Source: Nitrospinaceae bacterium | GTDB taxonomy: Bacteria; Nitrospinota; Nitrospinia; Nitrospinales; VA-1 | Length of the DNA stretch: 64,000 nucleotides | Direction of reading: 5' to 3' | Assembly (NCBI GenBank): GCA_029261595.1 | Contig: JAJDAZ010000001.1 | Location: 23 to 64,022 of the forward strand | Position numbers and translations under genes: made by a program | Notes under the pieces: generated by a model | Databases searched by the model: none | What the model saw: the letters and a program-made list of their open reading frames with translations, nothing else | Told to the model about the DNA's origin: nothing | Part shown: positions 42,894 through 51,779 of the stretch, piece by piece | Layout of the letters: every line of letters starts with the position of its first letter | How positions within the stretch are numbered: the first letter of the stretch is position 1

Positions 42894-43241
42894 ATGGATA
42901 AAATAATTTTTATCTTTCTCATTATTATTGCTTGTTTTATTTTCACGGGTTGCACTCAGGAAGCGCAAAACAAAATAGGCCGGGCGGTCCAAAACTATAC
43001 CGGGACGGATGGCGTTCTGGACATCTATGCGGGGGGCGAGCTTGTCAAACGCTTTATCAAGATTGACAAGATTTCCACGGCTACCAGCACCAGTGGCAGT
43101 AGCGCCAGGCCGTATCGCTACGGTTACGGCATCCTGGATGAGAATAAAAATCTCGAAAAAGACCCGGGAGAGAAAAAAGTTTATTTTGAATTCAGCGATT
43201 ATTCCACCAGCTATATATTTTATGAAAATCCTCGCGGCTGA
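42894..43241 (+). CDS. Small lipoprotein, hypothetical
   Basis: Clear lipoprotein signal (IIFIFLIIIACFIFTGC). I prefer it over the overlapping antisense 181-aa ORF. Confidence 0.6.
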   Translation: MDKIIFIFLIIIACFIFTGCTQEAQNKIGRAVQNYTGTDGVLDIYAGGELVKRFIKIDKISTATSTSGSSARPYRYGYGILDENKNLEKDPGEKKVYFEFSDYSTSYIFYENPRG

Positions 43242-43549
43242 GGTTTCGCCGGATTGCCCTGAGGGGAGTGCCATTTTGGGCTTGTTTTTGTTTATTGGTT
43301 TGGGTGTTGATTTCAGATGAAATGGATGATTGTCTTTCGGCAGGTTGAAGCTCACTGGGAGTCTTGCCGACTAAGAGATTCTTTTCGAAATCGTGGTCTT
43401 TTTTTTCTCATTGCCTGTACTCGTTCCTTTTCTTTGACCGAACGGACGTAAATAAGAAACACTGATATTTCGCTAATTAGGGCATTAAATTAGCGGCCCC
43501 TCTCATCCGGCTTTATACTTAAAGATAAGATAAAAAAATTACGGAGGGT

Positions 43550-44101
43550 GTGGTGGTGCGAATATTTTCAGTGTGGACGGCAGTTCTTATATGGTCCTGC
43601 GTTTTTTTACCTTCATTGGAAGCCGATGTTTTGAAGTGGGTCGATGACGATGGAACGACCTATTATTCGGACCTTCCGTTAAAAGGCATTGAGTTTGAAT
43701 GGGTCGAGGACGGTGAGAAGAGTTACTTCTCCTACGAGCCGACAAACGAAAAAAAGAATAAAAAACCCCAGGTTTTGCCTTCCCGTAGTATCTTGCCCAA
43801 ATCGATCCAGAAACCGAAAAAAGTTCACAAAGATTATGGCCAAGCAATCCTGGAGAGGCCCCCTGCAAGGCAGTATCCATCAGGGCGAGCCTCAACAGAG
43901 AGAATCTCCACGGAACGGACTTCAGCGCGAGGGGGTTCATCGGGACGAACCTCAACAGAGAGAATCTCCACGGAACGGACTTCAGCGCGAGGGGGCTCAT
44001 CGGGACGGACCTCAACAGAGAGAATCTTCACGGAACGGACTTCAGCGCGGGGAGGCTCATCGGGACGGACCTCAACAGAGAGGTACTCATCGGGGCGATG
44101 A
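43550..44101 (+). CDS. DUF4124-like secreted protein with a C-terminal 20-aa tandem-repeat region
   Basis: Signal peptide, then VLKWVDDDGTTYYSDLP (DUF4124-like), then about 3.4 copies of SGRTSTERISTERTSARGGS. Confidence 0.6.
   Translation: MVVRIFSVWTAVLIWSCVFLPSLEADVLKWVDDDGTTYYSDLPLKGIEFEWVEDGEKSYFSYEPTNEKKNKKPQVLPSRSILPKSIQKPKKVHKDYGQAILERPPARQYPSGRASTERISTERTSARGGSSGRTSTERISTERTSARGGSSGRTSTERIFTERTSARGGSSGRTSTERYSSGR
43890..44095 (+). repeat. 60-bp tandem repeat, about 3.4 copies, in-frame within the CDS
   Basis: The units 43890-43949, 43950-44009 and 44010-44069 are nearly identical, with a few substitutions (for example GGGGGTTCATCGGGACGAAC versus GGGGGCTCATCGGGACGGAC). A partial fourth copy follows. 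Confidence 0.9.
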
Positions 44102-44122
44102 TGAACGGAAAAACTAAACCTC

Positions 44123-44950
44123 TTAATTTTTTTGTTTTCCTACAAAAGCAACGTATAGAGTTGTTTCATCGATTCCATCGATTCGAAGTAATTTGTTGGC
44201 CTCGTCATCAAAAAAACCACATGTTGTCATCACGGCCAGGTTAAGTGCTGTACAAGAAAGATAGATATTTTGCCCGAGATGCCCCACATCCAGAAAAACA
44301 TACCGATAACCCCGCTCTCCATATTTTCGTTTTGTACGTTGTAAAACACCTGAAATCAGAAATACGACTGATGCTTCTTTGGTATATTCCTGCTGACAAC
44401 AAACGTTATATAATTTTTCTGTCGGGTCTCCTGGGAATAATAATTCGAGAGCGTGATCAGGGACATTGTAGTGATAAATTCCTGGCTCCACTCCTGAAAC
44501 ATGCCTGATCCCCAGATAAATCTCCGCGGGATAGAGAGCGCCTCCTGAAGGTGCCGCTCGTAGAGGTATTGATCCTTCGTCCGGGCGTTTCATTTCTCCC
44601 GTAATCCCATAACTTTGATAGAGGAGTTTGGATAATTCATTCAGGCTCAATTCTTCGTCGTTATTGAAACTTCGAACTGATCTTCTGGAATCAACCACCT
44701 CATCAAATTTTCTGTCACTGGGCAATAAACTTTCCTTTTCAGTAAGTTTGATTTGAGGCGCCAGCCGGTAGCGTTTGTACCCTCTGGCCATTGCAAGAAT
44801 TTCTGTTTGGGTGTAGTTGCCGGCAGCAATCATTTCAGTTGGGATTGAAGGGTGCAACTTGCTATTCTCGTGATACAACTCGGATATAGAGGTTTTTGGA
44901 TTTTCTTTCTTCGGCCCCAACACAGCAGATTGAACAATAATTCCTGGCAT
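44123..44950 (-). CDS. SagB-type (McbC-like) FMN-dependent dehydrogenase of a TOMM cluster
   Basis: Nitroreductase-fold SagB-type motifs are present: SRRSVRSF, LSKLLYQSYGITG and RAAPSGGALYPAEIYL. It lies directly downstream of the YcaO gene. Confidence 0.85.
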   Translation of the reverse strand: MPGIIVQSAVLGPKKENPKTSISELYHENSKLHPSIPTEMIAAGNYTQTEILAMARGYKRYRLAPQIKLTEKESLLPSDRKFDEVVDSRRSVRSFNNDEELSLNELSKLLYQSYGITGEMKRPDEGSIPLRAAPSGGALYPAEIYLGIRHVSGVEPGIYHYNVPDHALELLFPGDPTEKLYNVCCQQEYTKEASVVFLISGVLQRTKRKYGERGYRYVFLDVGHLGQNIYLSCTALNLAVMTTCGFFDDEANKLLRIDGIDETTLYVAFVGKQKN

Positions 44951-44970
44951 CTTAATTGGTCCTCGTCTTA

Positions 44971-46338
44971 TCAGGGAAATGGGTGAGGATAGGGATTTAA
45001 ACCCTCCTCACTAAGTGGTTTTTCTAGAAGACCCATTTGAACTGGCACTTCATACAATCTTTTGCCTCCTTCATATCTTCTGGAATGATTTATATCCAAA
45101 GGTTGCATTCCAGGAATAACGGAGCGAACTACTTTGAAACCGACTTCATCTATATCCAGCGTAGTCAGGTCGTAGCTGATCACATCGAAATCTTTATCAG
45201 CGAGCATTTCCACCAATGTTTGGACATTATCCACTTTACTGTTAGTGGATAAGCTGGGAAGAGCATCGAATGAAAGTTGTGATTCAGAGGATTTTAGAAA
45301 ATTTAATGATGAACGAAGCTCTGGGCAGACGGCGTGAGCAAGGGCGTGTAAGGTGGGAGTTTTAATATCCTCGAAATTCGGTTCAGGTTTGTAATTCTTC
45401 CTTAACTTTGCGTAGCGACTCATTCCCAGGAATGTTAAATACGCCTCCTCCAAGGCTTGAGCAAGTGCTCGGTTGGGATCGAGGTCGGCTCCTATCCCCA
45501 TGGTGGTATAAGGCACCCCACTGGAATTTTTCAGAATAACAATAAGAACGGGGACATTAATGTTTGAAGTTAAATAGAAAACTTCGCAATCCAAAGGAAC
45601 ATATTCCAATACTCTCAACAATTGATGAACGAAGGGATCATTTGAACTCCAGGGATTGAGGCGCGGTTGGCTCAGTCGATTTTTCCATACCAGCATGAAT
45701 GTGTCCCGTTCAATGACCTCCAGGATACTCTTGTACAGAGCCCAGGAAATATCCGGTCCACAAGCCAGGCCCGTTGAGATGGGATTAAAATATGGAGTTT
45801 CCTTAGGGGCATCAAACAAGTAGGGAACGTAAACAAATCCAGCTGGAATCCACCGTGGAACATCATCTCGCAGGGAATGCCCTTGTGCCCAACGGAGAGG
45901 TTTTCGGTGAGTCAAAGGAGAGAAAGGAAATTTTTCTTGTGAATACTGTTTATCACTATAAAGAGAAAAGGTTTGGGGATCTACGGCATCAACTTTCAGT
46001 TCTTTATAGGTGGATAATACTAAGCCTTTTTCATCGTATTGCCCGGAGCAATACCGCTCAACACATTCTCCCACCGATTTGATCATGGCGCGTTCTGGGC
46101 TTATTGAAGCTGCATCTCCGTGATTCAAGGCTTCTTGCCCACATAGTACCGAAACATTGGCGGGTTCACTGTGGGCTGAATACACATCAGGTTCGCCGGG
46201 AAAAAGTTCTTCAAAATCAATCTTTGAAATAATTCCGGTCCGGTCGCTAACGAGTCTTTCGGCGCGTTCGATGCTCTCGTGGAGATCAATTTCAGGTCCG
46301 TCTTTGAGAGTCGACAAGGAAATTGCTGAATTTTTCAA
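44971..46338 (-). CDS. YcaO-family cyclodehydratase (TOMM D protein)
   Basis: YcaO-type motifs (SVGECVERY, STGLACGP, ILEVIERD) in 455 aa. Its start overlaps the stop of the upstream C-protein gene by 4 nt. Confidence 0.88.
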   Translation of the reverse strand: MKNSAISLSTLKDGPEIDLHESIERAERLVSDRTGIISKIDFEELFPGEPDVYSAHSEPANVSVLCGQEALNHGDAASISPERAMIKSVGECVERYCSGQYDEKGLVLSTYKELKVDAVDPQTFSLYSDKQYSQEKFPFSPLTHRKPLRWAQGHSLRDDVPRWIPAGFVYVPYLFDAPKETPYFNPISTGLACGPDISWALYKSILEVIERDTFMLVWKNRLSQPRLNPWSSNDPFVHQLLRVLEYVPLDCEVFYLTSNINVPVLIVILKNSSGVPYTTMGIGADLDPNRALAQALEEAYLTFLGMSRYAKLRKNYKPEPNFEDIKTPTLHALAHAVCPELRSSLNFLKSSESQLSFDALPSLSTNSKVDNVQTLVEMLADKDFDVISYDLTTLDIDEVGFKVVRSVIPGMQPLDINHSRRYEGGKRLYEVPVQMGLLEKPLSEEGLNPYPHPFP

Positions 46339-47399
46339 GATACTTTTTTGGAAAGAAAGATGGTGTCATCCCAGGCTTCCATTTTTGCATTTTGTGGAAT
46401 GCATGCTGGGCAACGGGGAAGTCGAAGGACCTCGTGTCCAAGGATGGTTGGTGATGTGGCATCAAATTCATAAAAGCGACCGATGGTCTTTGGCGGAGCA
46501 AACCCCGTGATCGAACGCACCACTTCAAGCGCGACCTGACCCGCAATAACTGAGGTCAAGGCCGGGAACAGCCCCTCACTATTAGGACAAGTGTCAGTGG
46601 ACGCCAGTTGCTTCCTATAGGCCAAGTGCGTTTCCAGATCAGCCATATTGGAATCGATTCGTCTTTGATAGCAAACATAACATGCGGACTGGTGAGGAAT
46701 CACCGTGGGCCCTAAATAGGCTTTGGTCCCTTCAACGGACACTCGAATCCAACGAACGCCATTCTCAAGGCAGATAGAATTTATTGTTTCAAAATTTCTT
46801 GGATCTGGCGTTTCCTGGCAGACGATCAGATAATCTAAATTTTTAATAGAATCTGCTAAGTTCGAACCATTGTTTTTTGATGTTTTGTCTAAAGCGGTCT
46901 GAATATCAGGAGAAAGGTCAATGCCGTTGTCATACAAAGAGTTTTCAATGCTGATTCTTAATGAGGGAGAACCCAGTACGGCAACTTTTGCCTCCTTCAG
47001 TAAAGCCAATGCGCCAATAGGGTTTGACACATAATGAGACAAAAACTGAATGAGATTGTCATGTTTTTTCAGGTCCTCTGATTTAAGAGGAGCGGGAGGA
47101 GCAACATTTCCTTCCTGCAAAAGACCGTTGGCGCGCAACATCTTTAGCAGGAAAGTAATGGTCGTTGGCAGATAAGTCTGGCCACCGGATGAAGCGATTT
47201 CTTCTACATCATGTTCACCGTTCAACAGGGGACGTATCACTTCTAATGCAGCGATAAATAACTCATGATTGAGCGTGTAAGTAAATTCGGCCCCCCGCAA
47301 CTGCAGGCGGTTATCGCCAAGGGCCACAAAAGTGACCCAAGGCGCTAACCGAGGTTTCTGGGGTAAGGATATAGTTGCATACTTTACCGCCGCTACCAT
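46335..47399 (-). CDS. TOMM cyclodehydratase C protein (E1/ThiF-like, with an N-terminal RRE-like leader-binding domain)
   Basis: The N-terminal roughly 90 aa resemble a PqqD-like RRE (LQLRGAEFTYTLNHELFIAALEVIRPLLNGEHDVEEI). The C-terminal E1-like fold has a CxxC pair (ACYVCYQRR and LPRCPACI) but no obvious ATP P-loop. Confidence 0.75.
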   Translation of the reverse strand: MVAAVKYATISLPQKPRLAPWVTFVALGDNRLQLRGAEFTYTLNHELFIAALEVIRPLLNGEHDVEEIASSGGQTYLPTTITFLLKMLRANGLLQEGNVAPPAPLKSEDLKKHDNLIQFLSHYVSNPIGALALLKEAKVAVLGSPSLRISIENSLYDNGIDLSPDIQTALDKTSKNNGSNLADSIKNLDYLIVCQETPDPRNFETINSICLENGVRWIRVSVEGTKAYLGPTVIPHQSACYVCYQRRIDSNMADLETHLAYRKQLASTDTCPNSEGLFPALTSVIAGQVALEVVRSITGFAPPKTIGRFYEFDATSPTILGHEVLRLPRCPACIPQNAKMEAWDDTIFLSKKVS

Positions 47400-47488
47400 C
47401 GTTCACTCCTCATCCCGTATTCAACCCGAAAGTTAAAGTTTATAAAATAGGAAAAAGTCTTTACCAAAAACATCATACCGAATGCTAA

Positions 47489-47701
47489 TTATTCAGCCGC
47501 ATAGCATGTGCAACACCATGCGACGGGCCGAAATTCTTCCTTTTGAATCCCAATGGGGTCAATGGATTTTACCGCCAGCATTCCCTTTTCATTCATTCCG
47601 TACTCCACCTTGATTTCTCCAGAGTCAGAAACCAATGCTTTTCTGTACTCTTCATCTGTGGACAACTGCTTGAGCGCTTCTTGAAAATCTGCGTGTACCA
47701 T
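47489..47701 (-). CDS. TOMM/LAP precursor peptide (70 aa) with C-terminal core WCCTCYAAE
   Basis: GGAGA lies 6 nt upstream of the ATG. The gene is 90 nt upstream of the C-protein gene on the same strand. The leader is long and helical (FQEALKQLSTDEEYRKALVSD...), and all Cys residues are confined to the last 9 residues. Confidence 0.75.
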   Translation of the reverse strand: MVHADFQEALKQLSTDEEYRKALVSDSGEIKVEYGMNEKGMLAVKSIDPIGIQKEEFRPVAWCCTCYAAE

Positions 47702-48060
47702 AGTGAGTCTCCTTTTTTTCGAAATTTTAATCCCAAATGGAGTTAGTCCTGCCCTCCCTATAGCACATAGAAATAAAGCCTGTCCAGGCTATATTGAGTT
47801 CGGGAGAGGGATACAAAACCTTATTATACAATTAGTTCGAGATGCTGAAATTAAACGGAAAACTATTGCGCTAGGGATAATAACGAGCACTCCGAATATT
47901 ATTTTGTTCACCTTAAAAAATATTCTGAATTATCAAAAGTCCGATTTTTTTTTAACAGACACGAAATAAATTAATCTGGCATACCCAAAATCCGGTATGA
48001 TGCGGGGTCAATCAGTTGGACTTATATTGGCTCACCTATATAGTAAGATTTTTTTTATTC

Positions 48061-50151
48061 ATGGCTTTTCCAAGGGATAAAATCCAAAAAACTTTTAATA
48101 ACTTCTCTAAAAAGTTTTTTTCAATTTTTATTTTTTTCTCCGTATTTTTCTCCATTCCTGCCTCAAAAGTTTATTCAGACGATACCAAGGGCTTGTCTCA
48201 AGAGCAGCTTGAGATTCTTAGAATGGATATTAAGGACTTGATGCAAACCGACGTCATCGTTACCTCTGTCAGTAAAAGGCCTCAATCCCTTCACCAGACG
48301 GCTTCTGCGGTTTATGTTGTCACGCAAGAGGATATTCGCCGGACAGGCGCCGTCAATATAATGGAGGCTTTGCGGATTGTTCCAGGCGTTCAGGTATCCA
48401 AAATTAATCAGAACCGTTACGCGATTTCCATACGGGGATTCAACCGGAGATTGGGATCAGACAAACTGCTTGTACTGATGGATGGAAGAACCGTGTACAG
48501 CCCCTCCGCTTCGGGGGTTTTTTGGATTGGCCAGGACACGGTATTGGAAGACATTGATCGAATCGAAGTGATCCGGGGGCCTGGGGCTTCCCTCTGGGGT
48601 TCCAATGCGGTGGCGGGAGTGATCAATATTATCACTAAGAAGTCTCCTGAAACTCAGGGTATTCTGCTTTCCGGAGGCACTGGTACCGAGGAAAGCGGGT
48701 TTGGGACCCTTCGATACGGAGGAAAAATTGGCAAAGACTTTTCTTACAGGGTCTATGGGAAATACCGGGATCGAGATGAGGGTAAGAAACTTGATGGAAC
48801 GAAGCCCATCGACGATAAACAAATAAGCCAGACGGGGTTCAGGTCAGATTGGCAGATAAATTCAAAAGACAATCTCACGATGCAGGGGGATTATTATCAT
48901 CTGGACGCGGGGCTGGATTTTTCCAGCAGGTTTGTTTCCTTAACCGCCGGGTCGAGCCCTTTTAAGGGGGACAATACTCAAACAGGCGCTAATTTTCTCT
49001 CACGCTGGACTCGGAAGTTAGACGATTCATCTTCCTTCCAATTCCAGGCTTATTATGATCGTTTAGAGAGAAAATCGGCGTTGCCCTTTAAAAATATTGT
49101 TGATCAAGTCGATTTGGATTTTCAGCACAATTTTTTGATCGGGGAAAAGCACAATTTCCTATGGGGATTGAATTACCGATTTTCCTTTTTCGATTTTGAG
49201 CAAACTAATATTCTTACTTTTTCGAATCAAAGAACCAACCTTTTTGGCGGTTTTTTTCATGATGAAATTACGATTATTCCAAATCGTTGGAATTTAATTC
49301 TCGGTGCCAAATTAGAACATAATGAGTTCACTGGTATCGAAATCCAGCCAAACATACGTACTGTCTGGACACCTGATTCTAAAAACACATTTTGGGCTTC
49401 GGTTTCCCGCGCTGTAAGAACCCCTAGCATTACCGAAGACCGCGCGCTTGCCAACCGATCTCTGGTTCCGGGAGCCCCCCCTCTTTTAATTCGGGAAAGC
49501 AATGATGGAAGAACAGATTCGGAAGAATTGATCGCTTATGAAATGGGATACCGGGTAAAGCCAAATCCTGACCTGAGTTTTGATTTGGCCGGGTTTTTAT
49601 TTGATTACAATCGATTGATTGAAAGTGTCAGCACAGGCGCCATATTGTTTGAGGCGACTCCCACCCCTGCGCACCTGGTATTTGAAACCTTCAATGACAA
49701 TGTCCTGGAAGGAGAAGTTTTTGGAGTGGAATTAAGTGCTCAGTGGCAACCCATAGAAAACTGGCGTCTTTCGGGAAGCTATACCTTCACAAAAATTGAC
49801 CTGCGTCCAACAGAGAGTGGCATTGTCTTTCCTCAAAGCAGTGGTGGAGAAGGCGATCTCGACGCAGAAGGAGAACCAAATCATCTAATTCACTTACGTT
49901 CCTATCTGAATTTGCCTCATAATCTTGAATTTGATACCTCATTTTATTATGTGAGTAGCAACTCGGCCCGAAGCATACCCGGTTACAGCCGGGTTGACCT
50001 TCGTTTGGGATGGAAGCCTATAAAAAAACTGGAACTATCCCTGGTCGGTCAAAATATATTCGATGAAAGTCATCAAGAACTCACGGAACTTTTAGAAGTC
50101 GGAACTGAAACTGAAAGAAGTTTTTATTTCAAAGCGACGTTTAATTTTTGA
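48061..50151 (+). CDS. TonB-dependent outer-membrane receptor
   Basis: Plug motifs (VIVTSVSKRPQ, IEVIRGPGASLWGSNAVAGVINIITK), a long beta-barrel and a terminal aromatic residue (ATFNF). A TTG at 48016 is an alternative start. Confidence 0.9.
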   Translation: MAFPRDKIQKTFNNFSKKFFSIFIFFSVFFSIPASKVYSDDTKGLSQEQLEILRMDIKDLMQTDVIVTSVSKRPQSLHQTASAVYVVTQEDIRRTGAVNIMEALRIVPGVQVSKINQNRYAISIRGFNRRLGSDKLLVLMDGRTVYSPSASGVFWIGQDTVLEDIDRIEVIRGPGASLWGSNAVAGVINIITKKSPETQGILLSGGTGTEESGFGTLRYGGKIGKDFSYRVYGKYRDRDEGKKLDGTKPIDDKQISQTGFRSDWQINSKDNLTMQGDYYHLDAGLDFSSRFVSLTAGSSPFKGDNTQTGANFLSRWTRKLDDSSSFQFQAYYDRLERKSALPFKNIVDQVDLDFQHNFLIGEKHNFLWGLNYRFSFFDFEQTNILTFSNQRTNLFGGFFHDEITIIPNRWNLILGAKLEHNEFTGIEIQPNIRTVWTPDSKNTFWASVSRAVRTPSITEDRALANRSLVPGAPPLLIRESNDGRTDSEELIAYEMGYRVKPNPDLSFDLAGFLFDYNRLIESVSTGAILFEATPTPAHLVFETFNDNVLEGEVFGVELSAQWQPIENWRLSGSYTFTKIDLRPTESGIVFPQSSGGEGDLDAEGEPNHLIHLRSYLNLPHNLEFDTSFYYVSSNSARSIPGYSRVDLRLGWKPIKKLELSLVGQNIFDESHQELTELLEVGTETERSFYFKATFNF

Positions 50152-50180
50152 TTGATCGACAAAATTCTTAAATAATAAAT

Positions 50181-51047
50181 ATGAAAATTAATATTAGACC
50201 CGCTATTTCTACTGATGCAGAAACATGCGGTCGAATTATTTTTGAAAGTTTCAAAAACCTTTCCAATCAGCATGGATTCCCGTGTGATTTTCCAACAATG
50301 GAGGTCGCTGCCGGGCTTGCAGATATATTAATTAGGAAAAGTACGGTATTCAGCATCGTTGCTGAAATTAATGGATCAATAGTCGGATGTAATTTTTTAA
50401 ATGAAATAAATCCTATCCGTAGTGTCGGCCCATTGTGTGTTAGCCCTGATTTTCAGGGCCATGGGGTTGGGCGCAGGCTCATGGAAGAAGTGTTGCGTAG
50501 GGCCAAAGACTCTCTTGGGATTCGCTTGATTCAGGAAACCCTAAATATTGTTTCAAGTTCTCTTTATATCTCGCTAGGTTTTGAAGTAAAGGAATCCCTG
50601 TTTTTGTTAACGGGGAGACCGAAAACCAATGTTTCCAAGCAAGGAATTGTTGTTCGCCCTTTTACTTTGGAAGAAAAAAATCTGTGCGCAGAGTTATGTG
50701 CAGATATTTATGGTTTTGAGCGCACTCAAGAGGTTTTAGATGCATTGAATTTTTCCATCCCATTTATTGCTCTGCGTGGAAACCGATTAATCGCATATTC
50801 CTCTTCAATGACCATGTCAATGACGAACCACTGTGTGGCCAAGACAGAAGAAGATATGAAAGCGCTTTTTCTGGGTATTGCAAAATTAACTTCTGAGCCA
50901 CTTGTTTTCCTTTTGCCAGTCCGTCGAATAGAACTTTTTCGATGGTGTTTGGAAGAAGGGTTTCGGATTGTGAAACCTTTCACTTTAATGTCAAAAGGAG
51001 AATATTTTGAACCTAACGGAATCTATTGTCCTTCCGCTAGTTATTAA
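50181..51047 (+). CDS. GNAT-family N-acetyltransferase with an extra C-terminal domain
   Basis: Acetyl-CoA motif A FQGHGVGRRLMEEVLRRA. About 130 further residues of unknown function follow. Confidence 0.75.
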   Translation: MKINIRPAISTDAETCGRIIFESFKNLSNQHGFPCDFPTMEVAAGLADILIRKSTVFSIVAEINGSIVGCNFLNEINPIRSVGPLCVSPDFQGHGVGRRLMEEVLRRAKDSLGIRLIQETLNIVSSSLYISLGFEVKESLFLLTGRPKTNVSKQGIVVRPFTLEEKNLCAELCADIYGFERTQEVLDALNFSIPFIALRGNRLIAYSSSMTMSMTNHCVAKTEEDMKALFLGIAKLTSEPLVFLLPVRRIELFRWCLEEGFRIVKPFTLMSKGEYFEPNGIYCPSASY

Positions 51048-51205
51048 ATGGTTGCTCGAAAGATATCAGCAATTGTGTTAAACTTGCCAGCGAAATTTTA
51101 CTACTAATAGCTTATTTGAAGGATAATTTTTATGTGATTGTAGAAATATTTCAAGCATTTATTTTTACTCCAATTAATTCTAAACTCTTCCGATTTTAAC
51201 TTCTC

Positions 51206-51778
51206 ATGCTAAATAACTCTCTCAAAAAAATCGTTTTCCTTCTTATCCTATCTAGCCTAGCGGGTCGAATTTTTGGCATTTCTAATTATGCGTTTGCCGG
51301 GGATTTCGTAGCTCGCGAGGCCACTATAAAAGCGGGTTTTCTATTAAAATTTTCCGAATTTATCCAATGGCCAGAATATTACAGTTCTCTTCATTCCGAA
51401 GAACCTCTTAATATATGCCTCCATGGAGAGGATAAGTTTGGAAATATCTTCGATTATGTAAATGATCACGACATATTGAGAAGAAAAATAGAAATTACTC
51501 GTTCTGTCCCAATTAATGAGTTAAAAAGTTGTCATCTAGTATTTATCAGCACTCATAAAATCGAAGATATTGACAAATTAGCTAGGGAAATTAGAAAATC
51601 TCCCGTTCTCGTGGTTACAACAAGCAAAGCAATATCCCACCCCTTGGTCGCGATTAATTTTCGTAAAATCAATAACCGAATCCGTTTTGAGATAAATTTA
51701 TCTGCTTTTGAACGATCTGGGATAAAAATTAGTTCAGAGCTTCTAAAATTAGCAATAAATATAGTCAGAATTGATTAA
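51206..51778 (+). CDS. YfiR-family (DUF4154) periplasmic protein
   Basis: Signal peptide. The conserved start of DUF4154 (IKAGFLLKFSEFIQWP) and a C-terminal RFEINLSAFERSGIKISSELLKLA are present. Confidence 0.7.
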   Translation: MLNNSLKKIVFLLILSSLAGRIFGISNYAFAGDFVAREATIKAGFLLKFSEFIQWPEYYSSLHSEEPLNICLHGEDKFGNIFDYVNDHDILRRKIEITRSVPINELKSCHLVFISTHKIEDIDKLAREIRKSPVLVVTTSKAISHPLVAINFRKINNRIRFEINLSAFERSGIKISSELLKLAINIVRID

Positions 51779-51779
51779 T

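Noticed and set aside
42810-43355. A 181-aa minus-strand ORF.
   Set aside because: It fully overlaps the plus-strand 115-aa ORF, which has an unmistakable lipoprotein signal peptide. The minus-frame product has no features and its composition is odd.
43890-44095. The regular 60-bp repeats considered as a possible CRISPR or other non-coding array.
   Set aside because: The units are directly adjacent with no spacers. They are in frame and lie inside a signal-peptide-bearing ORF. No cas genes are present anywhere in the window.
47880-47960. Fur-box-like AT-rich segments (GATAATAAC..., AATATTCTGAATTATC) in the divergent precursor/TonB-receptor intergenic region.
   Set aside because: The best alignment to the 19-bp Fur consensus is only about 11/19 in a very AT-rich background, which is not distinguishable from chance by eye. 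I kept it only as something to test with a proper PWM.
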